Source: an uncultured Clostridia bacterium (GTDB taxonomy: Bacteria; Bacillota; Clostridia; Oscillospirales; Ruminococcaceae). From it: 64,000 bases of DNA. Made by a program: the position numbers and the translations under genes. The notes under the pieces are model-generated. The model was not told the origin of the DNA and did no database searches. It saw only the letters and a list, made by a program, of their open reading frames with translations. The stretch is taken from the NCBI GenBank assembly GCA_947625735.1, contig CANQPL010000006.1, positions 38,844 through 102,843 on the forward strand. The letters are read 5' to 3'. Shown in pieces: positions 1 to 7,301 of this stretch (the first letter of the stretch is position 1; every line of letters begins with the position of its first letter).

Positions 1-155
1 ATGATCCTGCCAATTCCGAATATGCCGTTATGTACAGCCGCGGCGAAGAAAGAAAAGGATCATGCTTTGTGACGGCACTGAAGATCATTGCGGTGGTGGG
101 TCTTGTATTTATTGGTTTGTATGCATTGCTGCTGTTTTCGGTTTTATTTATTTAG
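1..155 (+). CDS. 3' end of a gene cut by the window edge; C-terminal membrane anchor (possibly a J-domain/TPR protein)
   Basis: Frame from nt 3 reads DPANSEYAVMYSRGEERKGSCFVTALKIIAVVGLVFIGLYALLLFSVLFI* with TAG at 153-155 and a hydrophobic C-terminal helix. Confidence 0.5.
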   Translation, partial: DPANSEYAVMYSRGEERKGSCFVTALKIIAVVGLVFIGLYALLLFSVLFI

Positions 156-237
156 TTATTTTTATCGGAAAAGTAAGCCGCTCCGGTGTAATAATTCAGA
201 TTCTGAAAAATCCTGCTTATAAAAAGGAGTAGTATAT

Positions 238-1098
238 ATGAGCGCAAAATTCGGACCCGCAGGAACTGCGGAAAGCTTTAAGACAATGGGTTATAAAAAG
301 TCGGTACAGCTTCCTGATTATCTGAAAAAATTCGGACTGGATCATTTTGAGTATCAGTGCGGACAGGGAGTGAGGATATCCGAGGCTGCCGCTAATGAGA
401 TAGGAGAGGCGTTCCGTCAGAACGGCATGACCCTTTCTCTCCACGCCCCTTATTTTATATCCCTTTCGGGTACAGATGAGGAAAAGCGTTTAGGCTCGGT
501 GCGGTACATATTGGAATCTGCAAGGGCGGCAAAAGCAATGGGCGCAGAGAGAATAGTTATCCACAGCGGTTCATGTTCAAAAATTTCCCGCACAGAGGCT
601 CTGGAGCTTGCAAAGGACACTATGAAGAGGGCAAGAGCGGCGCTTATTTCCGAGGGTCTGGGCGATATTATATGCTGTCCTGAGACTATGGGAAAGGTAA
701 ATCAGCTGGGTACTCTGGAAGAGGTGATCGAGCTTTGCAAAATAGATGACAGCTTTCTTCCCACAGTGGATTTCGGACATTTAAATGCCCGCACATTCGG
801 TAGTATCAGGACAAAACAGAATTATAAGGAAATGCTCGATAAACTGGAAAACGGTCTTGGCAGAGAAAGGGCAAGGGTTTTTCACAGCCATTTTTCCAAA
901 ATTGAATTTACGGAAAAGGGCGGGGAAAAGCGGCATCTGACATTTGAGGAGAATAACGGCTTTGGTCCTGATTTTGAGCCGCTTATGGAGCTTATTTATG
1001 AGCGTGACTGGTCACCTGTGTTCATCTGCGAAAGTGCAGGTACCCAGACCGAGGACGCACAGAAAATGAAAAGCTATTATGAGGGACTTTCGGGATAA
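238..1098 (+). CDS. nfo: Endonuclease IV-like TIM-barrel AP endonuclease (family 2)
   Basis: Metal-ligand motifs HAPYFISL, VIHSG, ETMG, DFGH, HSHFS..E...GEKRH; RBS AAGGAG upstream. Confidence 0.75.
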   Translation: MSAKFGPAGTAESFKTMGYKKSVQLPDYLKKFGLDHFEYQCGQGVRISEAAANEIGEAFRQNGMTLSLHAPYFISLSGTDEEKRLGSVRYILESARAAKAMGAERIVIHSGSCSKISRTEALELAKDTMKRARAALISEGLGDIICCPETMGKVNQLGTLEEVIELCKIDDSFLPTVDFGHLNARTFGSIRTKQNYKEMLDKLENGLGRERARVFHSHFSKIEFTEKGGEKRHLTFEENNGFGPDFEPLMELIYERDWSPVFICESAGTQTEDAQKMKSYYEGLSG

Positions 1099-1287
1099 TG
1101 ACGAAAGGAATATACATGAGGTACGCTGAAAATATTCTTTACGGCAGATTTTTACTGTTCCGTATAATTTTGAATTTTATCACAGCTTATAAATTTACAG
1201 AATTTTTTTCGCAGAGCCGTATTTTCTGCTTTTGATAAAAAACTGAAAATGCCCCGATTTTCAAGTGCTTTAAAATATTTGCAAATG

Positions 1288-1312
1288 GCGTGTCGGAATT
1301 ATACCGACACGC
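1288..1312. terminator. Hairpin terminator between the convergent nfo and toxin operons
   Basis: GCGTGTCGG-AATTATA-CCGACACGC followed by TGTATTTTTT on + strand. Confidence 0.6.
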
Positions 1313-1323
1313 TGTATTTTTCA

Positions 1324-1851
1324 TCACTTTAAAATGATTGAAAGGTATCTTCCGTTAAAATACTCACCCAGTCCATCTGAGCCGGTTGGTGTGTATTTGG
1401 CTACCGTATTCACATTGGGTAAAACGAGATTATGAGAAGACAAAATTTCAATTGTTCTTTCAATAGGCGGCATTGTGTCAGGCGCACCGCTTTCAACTGT
1501 TGTATATGCGTAAGCCATAGCAATGTCATAAATGCTTTTCATCAATACATTCAAATCACGGTCGGTTGCATTAAGAATACTTGTAAATAAATCATACTCT
1601 TCTTTCTTTAGATACTCAAAATTGGATTCCTCGTAGCTTTTGAACTCAAACAAGCATTCCGGTACAATTTCAATATATCTGTAAGAGCTTTCATCAAGGT
1701 AATTGCTGCCGTCAATAATACTCCACATTACCTCTGCAACAGGAGAAAAATCAACATTGGGATAAACAGTAACCGCATATTTTTCAAAACACATAATCGC
1801 ATAGGCAACTCTGCCTAACACAGATACATTTTTAAGTCTTTCTATTGACAT
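1324..1851 (-). CDS. Putative immunity protein, paralog 2 (helical, Imm6-like by context)
   Basis: 175 aa, clear paralog of 1864-2394 (GRxAYxIxCFE, MWS, YRYxEIVPECLFE, YDIAMxYAY); RBS AAGGAG; AT-rich; last gene after the toxin. Confidence 0.65.
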   Translation of the reverse strand: MSIERLKNVSVLGRVAYAIMCFEKYAVTVYPNVDFSPVAEVMWSIIDGSNYLDESSYRYIEIVPECLFEFKSYEESNFEYLKKEEYDLFTSILNATDRDLNVLMKSIYDIAMAYAYTTVESGAPDTMPPIERTIEILSSHNLVLPNVNTVAKYTPTGSDGLGEYFNGRYLSIILK

Positions 1852-1863
1852 GAGAGCATCTCC

Positions 1864-2394
1864 TTAATATAAAAGCATATTTGAAATGCTTTTCGGATCA
1901 AGGCAATGCCCCCAACCTTCTGATTCAGAAAATCGGCTCATACTAACCTTGCCAATATCGGGTAACGAAATAGCATTGTTATTTAGAATTGCAATTACTT
2001 TATCCAAGTATTCATAGGTATCTTTGCCATGGTCGGTGATGTTGGTATAAGCATACTCCATGGCAATGTCATATACACTCATCATGATTGCATTTAGATC
2101 AGGATCATCGCTGTTAAGTATCTTTGTGAACCTGTTGTACTCATCTTCTGTTAGTTTGTCAAAAACATCTGCGGAATAGTGATCCTTTTCAAACAGACAT
2201 TCTGGCACAATTTCAAGATACCTGTATGCACTGTTATCAATGTAATCAGATGAATCAACTACCGACCACATCATCTTGAGAACAGGCTGCATATCAATAT
2301 CAGGATATTTCACCTTGACATAATTCTCAAAGCAGAGGATAACATAGGCAATGCGACCTCTGATTGATAAATCAACAAAATTATTACTGTTCAT
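1864..2394 (-). CDS. Putative cognate immunity protein, paralog 1
   Basis: 176 aa, starts 2 nt after toxin stop with RBS inside toxin 3' end; small, acidic, AT-rich, as typical of toxin-adjacent immunity genes. Confidence 0.7.
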   Translation of the reverse strand: MNSNNFVDLSIRGRIAYVILCFENYVKVKYPDIDMQPVLKMMWSVVDSSDYIDNSAYRYLEIVPECLFEKDHYSADVFDKLTEDEYNRFTKILNSDDPDLNAIMMSVYDIAMEYAYTNITDHGKDTYEYLDKVIAILNNNAISLPDIGKVSMSRFSESEGWGHCLDPKSISNMLLY

Positions 2395-2396
2395 AA

Positions 2397-2891
2397 TTAC
2401 TCTCCTTTATGCCAGCCGGTATTGTTCTTCTTTATTTTTCCTTTGTAAGTCATCGTACAGTTTTTGCAAGAGACTTTTGTATTTCCGAAGCCTTTTTCAG
2501 AAGTGTAAATTGTGTAAATATGCAAATTATGAAGTTTAGCACCACCATGTAATGCACGGTTAACTGCATCGGATTCTGAACAATTCCATGGAGTAGGATA
2601 ATCATTTTGAGAAGATGAAGGCAATAGCTTTTTTAAGTCAGGGTGAATTTCATCTCCGAACTTATCTATACCGCCGTTTCTTCCAAAATATAGATCACCA
2701 GTTTCTTCATCAAATGCCACTGTAGCAGTATTAAACTTCTTGCGCTGCGTGGTAGATTTAGGATCAAGAACGGAGAGGACACTGTTTGTCCAATAAATTA
2801 ACTTGGCTCTTTGATTTTCAGGCTTAATACCCTGTGCAATTTTCTCTCCTCTGGTGCCTGAAAACTGATGACTGTTTGTTTTACTCATCAC
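2397..2891 (-). CDS. YwqJ-like Zn-dependent nucleic-acid deaminase toxin domain with short N-terminal leader
   Basis: AFDEETGDLYFGRN...IHPDLKKLLP...WNCSESDAVNRALHGGA...SCKNC gives CxE plus CxxC deaminase ligands; ATG overlaps DUF4417 TGA (ATGA). Confidence 0.75.
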   Translation of the reverse strand: MMSKTNSHQFSGTRGEKIAQGIKPENQRAKLIYWTNSVLSVLDPKSTTQRKKFNTATVAFDEETGDLYFGRNGGIDKFGDEIHPDLKKLLPSSSQNDYPTPWNCSESDAVNRALHGGAKLHNLHIYTIYTSEKGFGNTKVSCKNCTMTYKGKIKKNNTGWHKGE

Positions 2892-3601
2892 TTCGCCCTC
2901 CCTGCAAAAAACCTGCTTGTTCTGCCGGGATAGGCAAGAATAGTTATGCCCTGTTCTTCAAGCTCCTTAAAACACTTGTAATTAGCCGAGCCGTAAACAA
3001 TGATCGTATGAGGGTGCAGCCGCCTTACTAACTCTTTCAACCCTTCTTCAAAGCGTTCACGGTCTGCAAGCTTACGTGGACTTCCACCAACAGTACCGAT
3101 AGCGACAACACTATTTTCGGGTATGCCGTCAAAACAATAGGAATATGTTTCCGGAGTACCCCAACGGACGTTGTTGATAACAGCATGACCACAGAGCGTA
3201 CCGAACCAATAGCCGAAAGCTCTCATACGGTACACATTCCACAACTTCAGCGGAAAGGGAAAATCCTGATAAAGTGAAAAGTCAGGCGTGATAATGCCGG
3301 CAAAGTGACTCAGTATCTTGTAAGCGTGACCGGAGCGAAACCATATCCCCTTAAAAGAGTCAAAATCACCGTCATCTTCATAGAAACAAACGTAGGCAGG
3401 GCTTATAAAGTCCCTGTTATGCTTTCGCATCTCCTTGCGGTACAGCTCTCCTGCTTCCTTGTAGGTGAGGATATGTACAGGCACTCCGGTTGCAGTGGTC
3501 GGACAGAACGGAATATCGTTTGCCGAAAATTCTGCACCTGATACCATGTACGGTCTCCACCATACGTCCTTGATACCTTTGCGGATAATATTCAGTTTCA
3601 T
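2888..3601 (-). CDS. DUF4417 domain protein
   Basis: Motifs CFYEDDxDFD, ITPDFSLYxDFP, NVYRMR, NNVRWG, DGIP..VVAIGTVG match DUF4417 as I recall the family; SD AGGAGGT at 3613-3619. Confidence 0.75.
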   Translation of the reverse strand: MKLNIIRKGIKDVWWRPYMVSGAEFSANDIPFCPTTATGVPVHILTYKEAGELYRKEMRKHNRDFISPAYVCFYEDDGDFDSFKGIWFRSGHAYKILSHFAGIITPDFSLYQDFPFPLKLWNVYRMRAFGYWFGTLCGHAVINNVRWGTPETYSYCFDGIPENSVVAIGTVGGSPRKLADRERFEEGLKELVRRLHPHTIIVYGSANYKCFKELEEQGITILAYPGRTSRFFAGRAK

Positions 3602-3608
3602 TAAGATA

Positions 3609-3720
3609 CAATACCTCCTGAAAACATCGTCAGGGCATAAAATCCCTGTGGTTTTAGATGTTTCCGAAGTATTGCAGATCTGAATTGTCGAGGTTCCGAT
3701 GGCAATACCCGGAAAACATC
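3609..3720 (-). promoter_or_regulatory. Predicted translational switch in DUF4417 leader (anti-SD / anti-anti-SD)
   Basis: Segment 3675-3657 can pair with 3720-3702 (18/19 pairs incl. G-U) or with 3628-3609, which contains the SD (18 bp, 2-nt bulge). Confidence 0.65.
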
Positions 3721-3895
3721 AGCGAACTGCGCTATCGTTATTAACGATAGCAAAAAGTCAATAAACAGGAAAACTTTTCGTGTAAAATGCAGAGGTGATC
3801 AAACTGTGCAAATCGCCAAAAATGCACCCCGCCTATTGACATTTTTTTCGTAATATGCTACACTGAGATTGTCGAGGTTCCGGTAGCAATACCCG
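3684..3895 (+). repeat. 28-bp imperfect direct repeat (3684-3711 and 3868-3895)
   Basis: ATTGTCGAGGTTCCGATGGCAATACCCG vs ATTGTCGAGGTTCCGGTAGCAATACCCG, 26/28 identical. Confidence 0.95.
3836..3864 (+). promoter_or_regulatory. SigmaA promoter of putative sRNA
   Basis: TTGACA(3836-41)-17 bp-TACACT(3859-64) with extended -10 TG. Confidence 0.75.
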
Positions 3896-3938
3896 AACGG
3901 GCTGTGTTGGTCGCCTGAGCGGTCAGCACAGCTTTTTT
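3871..3938 (+). ncRNA. Putative ~70-nt antisense sRNA
   Basis: Lies between the promoter and a 14-bp terminator hairpin (3901-3932) plus T6; internal GGTA-GCAA-TACC GNRA hairpin; no ORF. Confidence 0.65.
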
Positions 3939-3952
3939 ATTTTCTACTTTCT

Positions 3953-3981
3953 ATTATACAATATAGCAAGAAAAATTGCAA
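3953..3981 (-). promoter_or_regulatory. SigmaA promoter of DUF4417-toxin operon (convergent with the sRNA promoter)
   Basis: TTGCAA(3981-76)-17 bp-TATAAT(3958-53) on minus strand. Confidence 0.65.
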
Positions 3982-4246
3982 TAGATAGTTTGGAAAAATT
4001 TTATATTTGACATTATTTCAGTGATTTTATCTTTAAATGTATTGAGCTTTTTTCGGGATATAATATATGATAAAATTGGAGGTGCAGAGCATGAATATAA
4101 TTTCTGCTGTAGAAAATACGGAGTCAATATTTCAGTTCAACAGTAGTCTTGCAGAGGACTTTTTTCAATAAGTAAAGCAAAGCGGAGCGAAAGCTGTCAT
4201 GAAAACAATGCTCCGGAATTTTTTTTGAAAATATTTTCAAAACCCC

Positions 4247-4275
4247 TTGACAAATACCCCGTGGGGGTATATAAT
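4247..4275 (+). promoter_or_regulatory. csoR-copA promoter with CsoR operator
   Basis: TTGACA-17-TATAAT; ATACCCC-GTG-GGGGTAT palindrome (4254-4270) in the spacer is the typical CsoR C/G-tract box. Confidence 0.85.
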
Positions 4276-4306
4276 ATATACAGAAGTTATGAAAGAGGCT
4301 GATAGT

Positions 4307-4615
4307 ATGGAAAAAGATAACAAGTGCGAGTGCTGTCATAAAACCAAACAGCGCGGGGAAGATGAGTATAAAGGGCTTATCAATCGTCTGAGCCGCATCG
4401 AGGGGCAGATAAGAGGTATAAAAAGCATGGTGGAAAACGATGCATATTGTACCGATATACTTACTCAGTCAGCGGCGGTGACGGCGGCGATGAATGCATT
4501 TAACAGAGAGCTTTTGTCAAACCATATACGCACCTGTGTTTCAGACGGCATAAGGAACGGCGATGATGAGGTGATAGAGGAGCTTCTTGATACGCTAAGA
4601 AAGCTGATGAAATAA
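4307..4615 (+). CDS. csoR: Copper-sensing repressor CsoR/RcnR family
   Basis: [28 protein letters not shown]...HIRTCV; start placed at ATG 4307 after RBS GAGG. Confidence 0.9.
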   Translation: MEKDNKCECCHKTKQRGEDEYKGLINRLSRIEGQIRGIKSMVENDAYCTDILTQSAAVTAAMNAFNRELLSNHIRTCVSDGIRNGDDEVIEELLDTLRKLMK

Positions 4616-4632
4616 TATACGGGAGGATAGCT

Positions 4633-7161
4633 ATGGACAGATATGATGTTACGGGCATGAGCTGCGCTGCTTGTGTGGCAAGAGTGGAAAAAGCAGTCAA
4701 GGCTGTAAGCGGAGTGACCTCCTGCTCGGTAAATCTTCTTACAAATTCAATGATAGTGGAGGGTACAGCTCCGGTTTCCGCCATAACCTCCGCAGTGGAA
4801 AAGGCAGGATACGGCGCAAAACGCAGGGGAGATAAGGCAGCAGGTGAGGGGGGCGATCCTCTTGCAGACAAGGAAACACCTCTGCTTAAAAAGCGGGTAA
4901 TATGGTCACTGGTATTTCTGGCGGTGCTGATGTACATTTCTATGGGTCATATGATGTGGGGCTGGAGACTGCCCGCCTTTTTTGAGGGAAATCATGTTGC
5001 AGTGGGTCTTTTGCAGCTTCTGCTGACCCTTGCCATTATGGAGATAAATCGTAAATTCTTCATCAACGGTTTTAAAAGCCTGTGGAACCGTTCTCCGAAT
5101 ATGGATACACTTGTAGCTATGGGAGCGTCTGCCGCATTCGGTTACAGTCTTTACGCTCTTTTTGCCATGACAGGCGCACAGGCAAGAGGAGATGCCCAAG
5201 CGGTAATGGGATATATGCACGAATTTTATTTTGAATCGGCAGGCACGATACTTTCACTTATCACTGTTGGAAAAATGCTTGAAGCCCGCTCCAAAGGCAA
5301 GACTACCGATGCTCTGAAAAGCCTTGTAAGTCTTGCCCCGAAAACTGCAAATGTTATAAGAAACGGTAATGAGATCACCATTGCCGCAGAGGAGCTTGAA
5401 AAGGGAGATATTTTTGCAGTACGCCCCGGTGAGAGTATTCCCGCAGACGGAAGAGTGATCGAGGGAAGCAGTGCTGTAAACGAATCTGCGCTTACGGGAG
5501 AAAGTATTCCCGTTGACAAGGAGATAGGCGACAGGGTAAGCGCAGCCACCATAAATCAGTCGGGCTTTTTAAAGTGCGAGGCTGTCAGAGTGGGGGAGGA
5601 TACCGCTCTTTCCGAAATAATCCGTATGGTAAGTGATGCGGCAGCCACCAAAGCACCTATTGCAAAGACTGCCGACAAGGTAGCGGGAGTGTTCGTTCCC
5701 GCCGTGATCGGCATTGCGGCAGTTACGACCGCAGTCTGGCTCATAGTCGGACAGACTGTGGGATTTGCACTGGCAAGGGGCATATCCGTTCTTGTGATAA
5801 GCTGTCCCTGCGCTCTGGGACTTGCTACGCCTGTTGCAATTATGGTAGGCAGCGGCATGGGCGCTAAAAACGGCATACTCTTTAAGACTGCTTCCGCTCT
5901 TGAATCCGCAGGAAAGACTGAAATTGCCGTTCTGGATAAAACAGGCACTATTACAAGCGGCACTCCCGAAGCTGTAGACATAATTCCCGCAGAGGGCGTA
6001 ACGGAGAGTGAACTGTTAAAAGCTGCCTGCTCACTGGAGAAAAGAAGCGAGCATCCTCTTGCGGGAGCGGTCACAAGGCTGGGAGAAGCAAGTGGCGTGA
6101 AAATTTCCGATGCCGAAAATTTTTTGGCTCACCCGGGAAACGGACTTTCCGCAATGATAGACGGCAGAGAAATAACAGGCGGCAGCATGAAATTTATCGG
6201 CAGCAGGATAGATATTCCAAAAGATATTATTACAGCGGCGGATAAGCTGTCTGCCGAAGGAAAAACTCCTCTGCTTTTCTGTGAAAACGGAAAGCTGCTC
6301 GGCATGATAAGCGCCGCAGATCAGATAAGAGAGGACAGTGCAGAAGCTATAGGACAGCTTAAAAAAATGGGTATCCGCACTGTTATGCTCACAGGTGATA
6401 ATGAACGCACCGCCGCTGCCGTGGGCAGGCAGGCAGGCGTGGACGAGATAGTTGCAGGTGTTCTTCCCGACGGAAAGGAAAGCGTTATAAGGCGTCTTAA
6501 AAATGAGGGCAGGGTTGCCATGATAGGTGACGGTATAAACGATGCTCCCGCTCTTACCGCAGCCGATATCGGTATTGCCATAGGCGCAGGTACAGATGTA
6601 GCAATTGATGCCGCAGATGTGGTCCTGATGAAAAGCCGTCTTTCTGATGTACCCGCAGCTGTCAGACTCAGCCGCAGAGTGCTGCGCAATATCAAAGAGA
6701 ATCTTTTCTGGGCGTTTATTTATAATGTAATAGGTATCCCCCTTGCGGCAGGAGTATGGATACCCCTGTTCGGCTGGCAATTAAATCCCATGTTCGGGGC
6801 TGCTGCTATGAGCCTTTCCAGCTTCTGTGTGGTGACAAATGCTCTGCGGCTCAATCTTATTGACGTTCACGATTCTCGGAGGGATCATGCCCTGAAAAAG
6901 CATACATCCTCTGAGAGTGTGAAAATAAATCATGAAAAGGAGAAAAAGACCATGACAAAAACTATGAAGATCGAAGGTATGATGTGCGGACACTGTGAGG
7001 CGACTGTTAAAAAAGCTCTTGAAGCAGTAACGGGCGTGTCCTCCGCCGAGGTAAGCCATGAAAAGGGTACGGCTGTAGTAACTCTTGCTTCTGATGTGGA
7101 AAACAGCGTTCTTACAAAGGCTGTTGAGGATAAGGAATATAAAGTCCTCGGTATTGAATAA
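4633..7161 (+). CDS. copA: Cu(I)-translocating P1B-type ATPase with N- and C-terminal HMA domains
   Basis: [31 protein letters not shown], MxxSS, C-terminal GMMCGHC. Confidence 0.95.
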   Translation: MDRYDVTGMSCAACVARVEKAVKAVSGVTSCSVNLLTNSMIVEGTAPVSAITSAVEKAGYGAKRRGDKAAGEGGDPLADKETPLLKKRVIWSLVFLAVLMYISMGHMMWGWRLPAFFEGNHVAVGLLQLLLTLAIMEINRKFFINGFKSLWNRSPNMDTLVAMGASAAFGYSLYALFAMTGAQARGDAQAVMGYMHEFYFESAGTILSLITVGKMLEARSKGKTTDALKSLVSLAPKTANVIRNGNEITIAAEELEKGDIFAVRPGESIPADGRVIEGSSAVNESALTGESIPVDKEIGDRVSAATINQSGFLKCEAVRVGEDTALSEIIRMVSDAAATKAPIAKTADKVAGVFVPAVIGIAAVTTAVWLIVGQTVGFALARGISVLVISCPCALGLATPVAIMVGSGMGAKNGILFKTASALESAGKTEIAVLDKTGTITSGTPEAVDIIPAEGVTESELLKAACSLEKRSEHPLAGAVTRLGEASGVKISDAENFLAHPGNGLSAMIDGREITGGSMKFIGSRIDIPKDIITAADKLSAEGKTPLLFCENGKLLGMISAADQIREDSAEAIGQLKKMGIRTVMLTGDNERTAAAVGRQAGVDEIVAGVLPDGKESVIRRLKNEGRVAMIGDGINDAPALTAADIGIAIGAGTDVAIDAADVVLMKSRLSDVPAAVRLSRRVLRNIKENLFWAFIYNVIGIPLAAGVWIPLFGWQLNPMFGAAAMSLSSFCVVTNALRLNLIDVHDSRRDHALKKHTSSESVKINHEKEKKTMTKTMKIEGMMCGHCEATVKKALEAVTGVSSAEVSHEKGTAVVTLASDVENSVLTKAVEDKEYKVLGIE

Positions 7162-7181
7162 CAGCCGATCCGCAAAAAAAG

Positions 7182-7226
7182 ACCGTTCCCGCAGCTGTGG
7201 CTGATCGTCACTTCTGCGGGAACGGT
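7182..7226. terminator. Bidirectional terminator
   Basis: ACCGTTCCCGCAG...CTGCGGGAACGGT flanked by A and T tracts, between convergent genes. Confidence 0.8.
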
Positions 7227-7301
7227 TTTTGTTTTTTTTCCTGCTTATTAAATAGACATATTTGTGAACGCTGTTATAAATAATGTATCGGTCAGAGCAT
7301 A

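Noticed and set aside
1116-1235. 39-aa ORF after nfo with AAAGGA RBS (MRYAENILYGRF...)
   Set aside because: No recognisable family or composition signal; may be chance or a stump, so not called.
1324-3601. Calling the toxin locus a prophage, ICE or T7SS/CDI locus
   Set aside because: No integrase, terminase, relaxase, secretion or WXG/LXG genes in or near it.
3684-3895. CRISPR array from the 28-bp direct repeat
   Set aside because: Only two copies, 156 bp apart, no cas genes; better explained as sRNA plus target.
1267-4241. Possible att/target-site duplication (CTTTAAAATATTTGCAAA vs TTTGAAAATATTTTCAAA) bounding the toxin islet
   Set aside because: 15/18 match in very AT-rich sequence, no recombinase in the window; likely chance.
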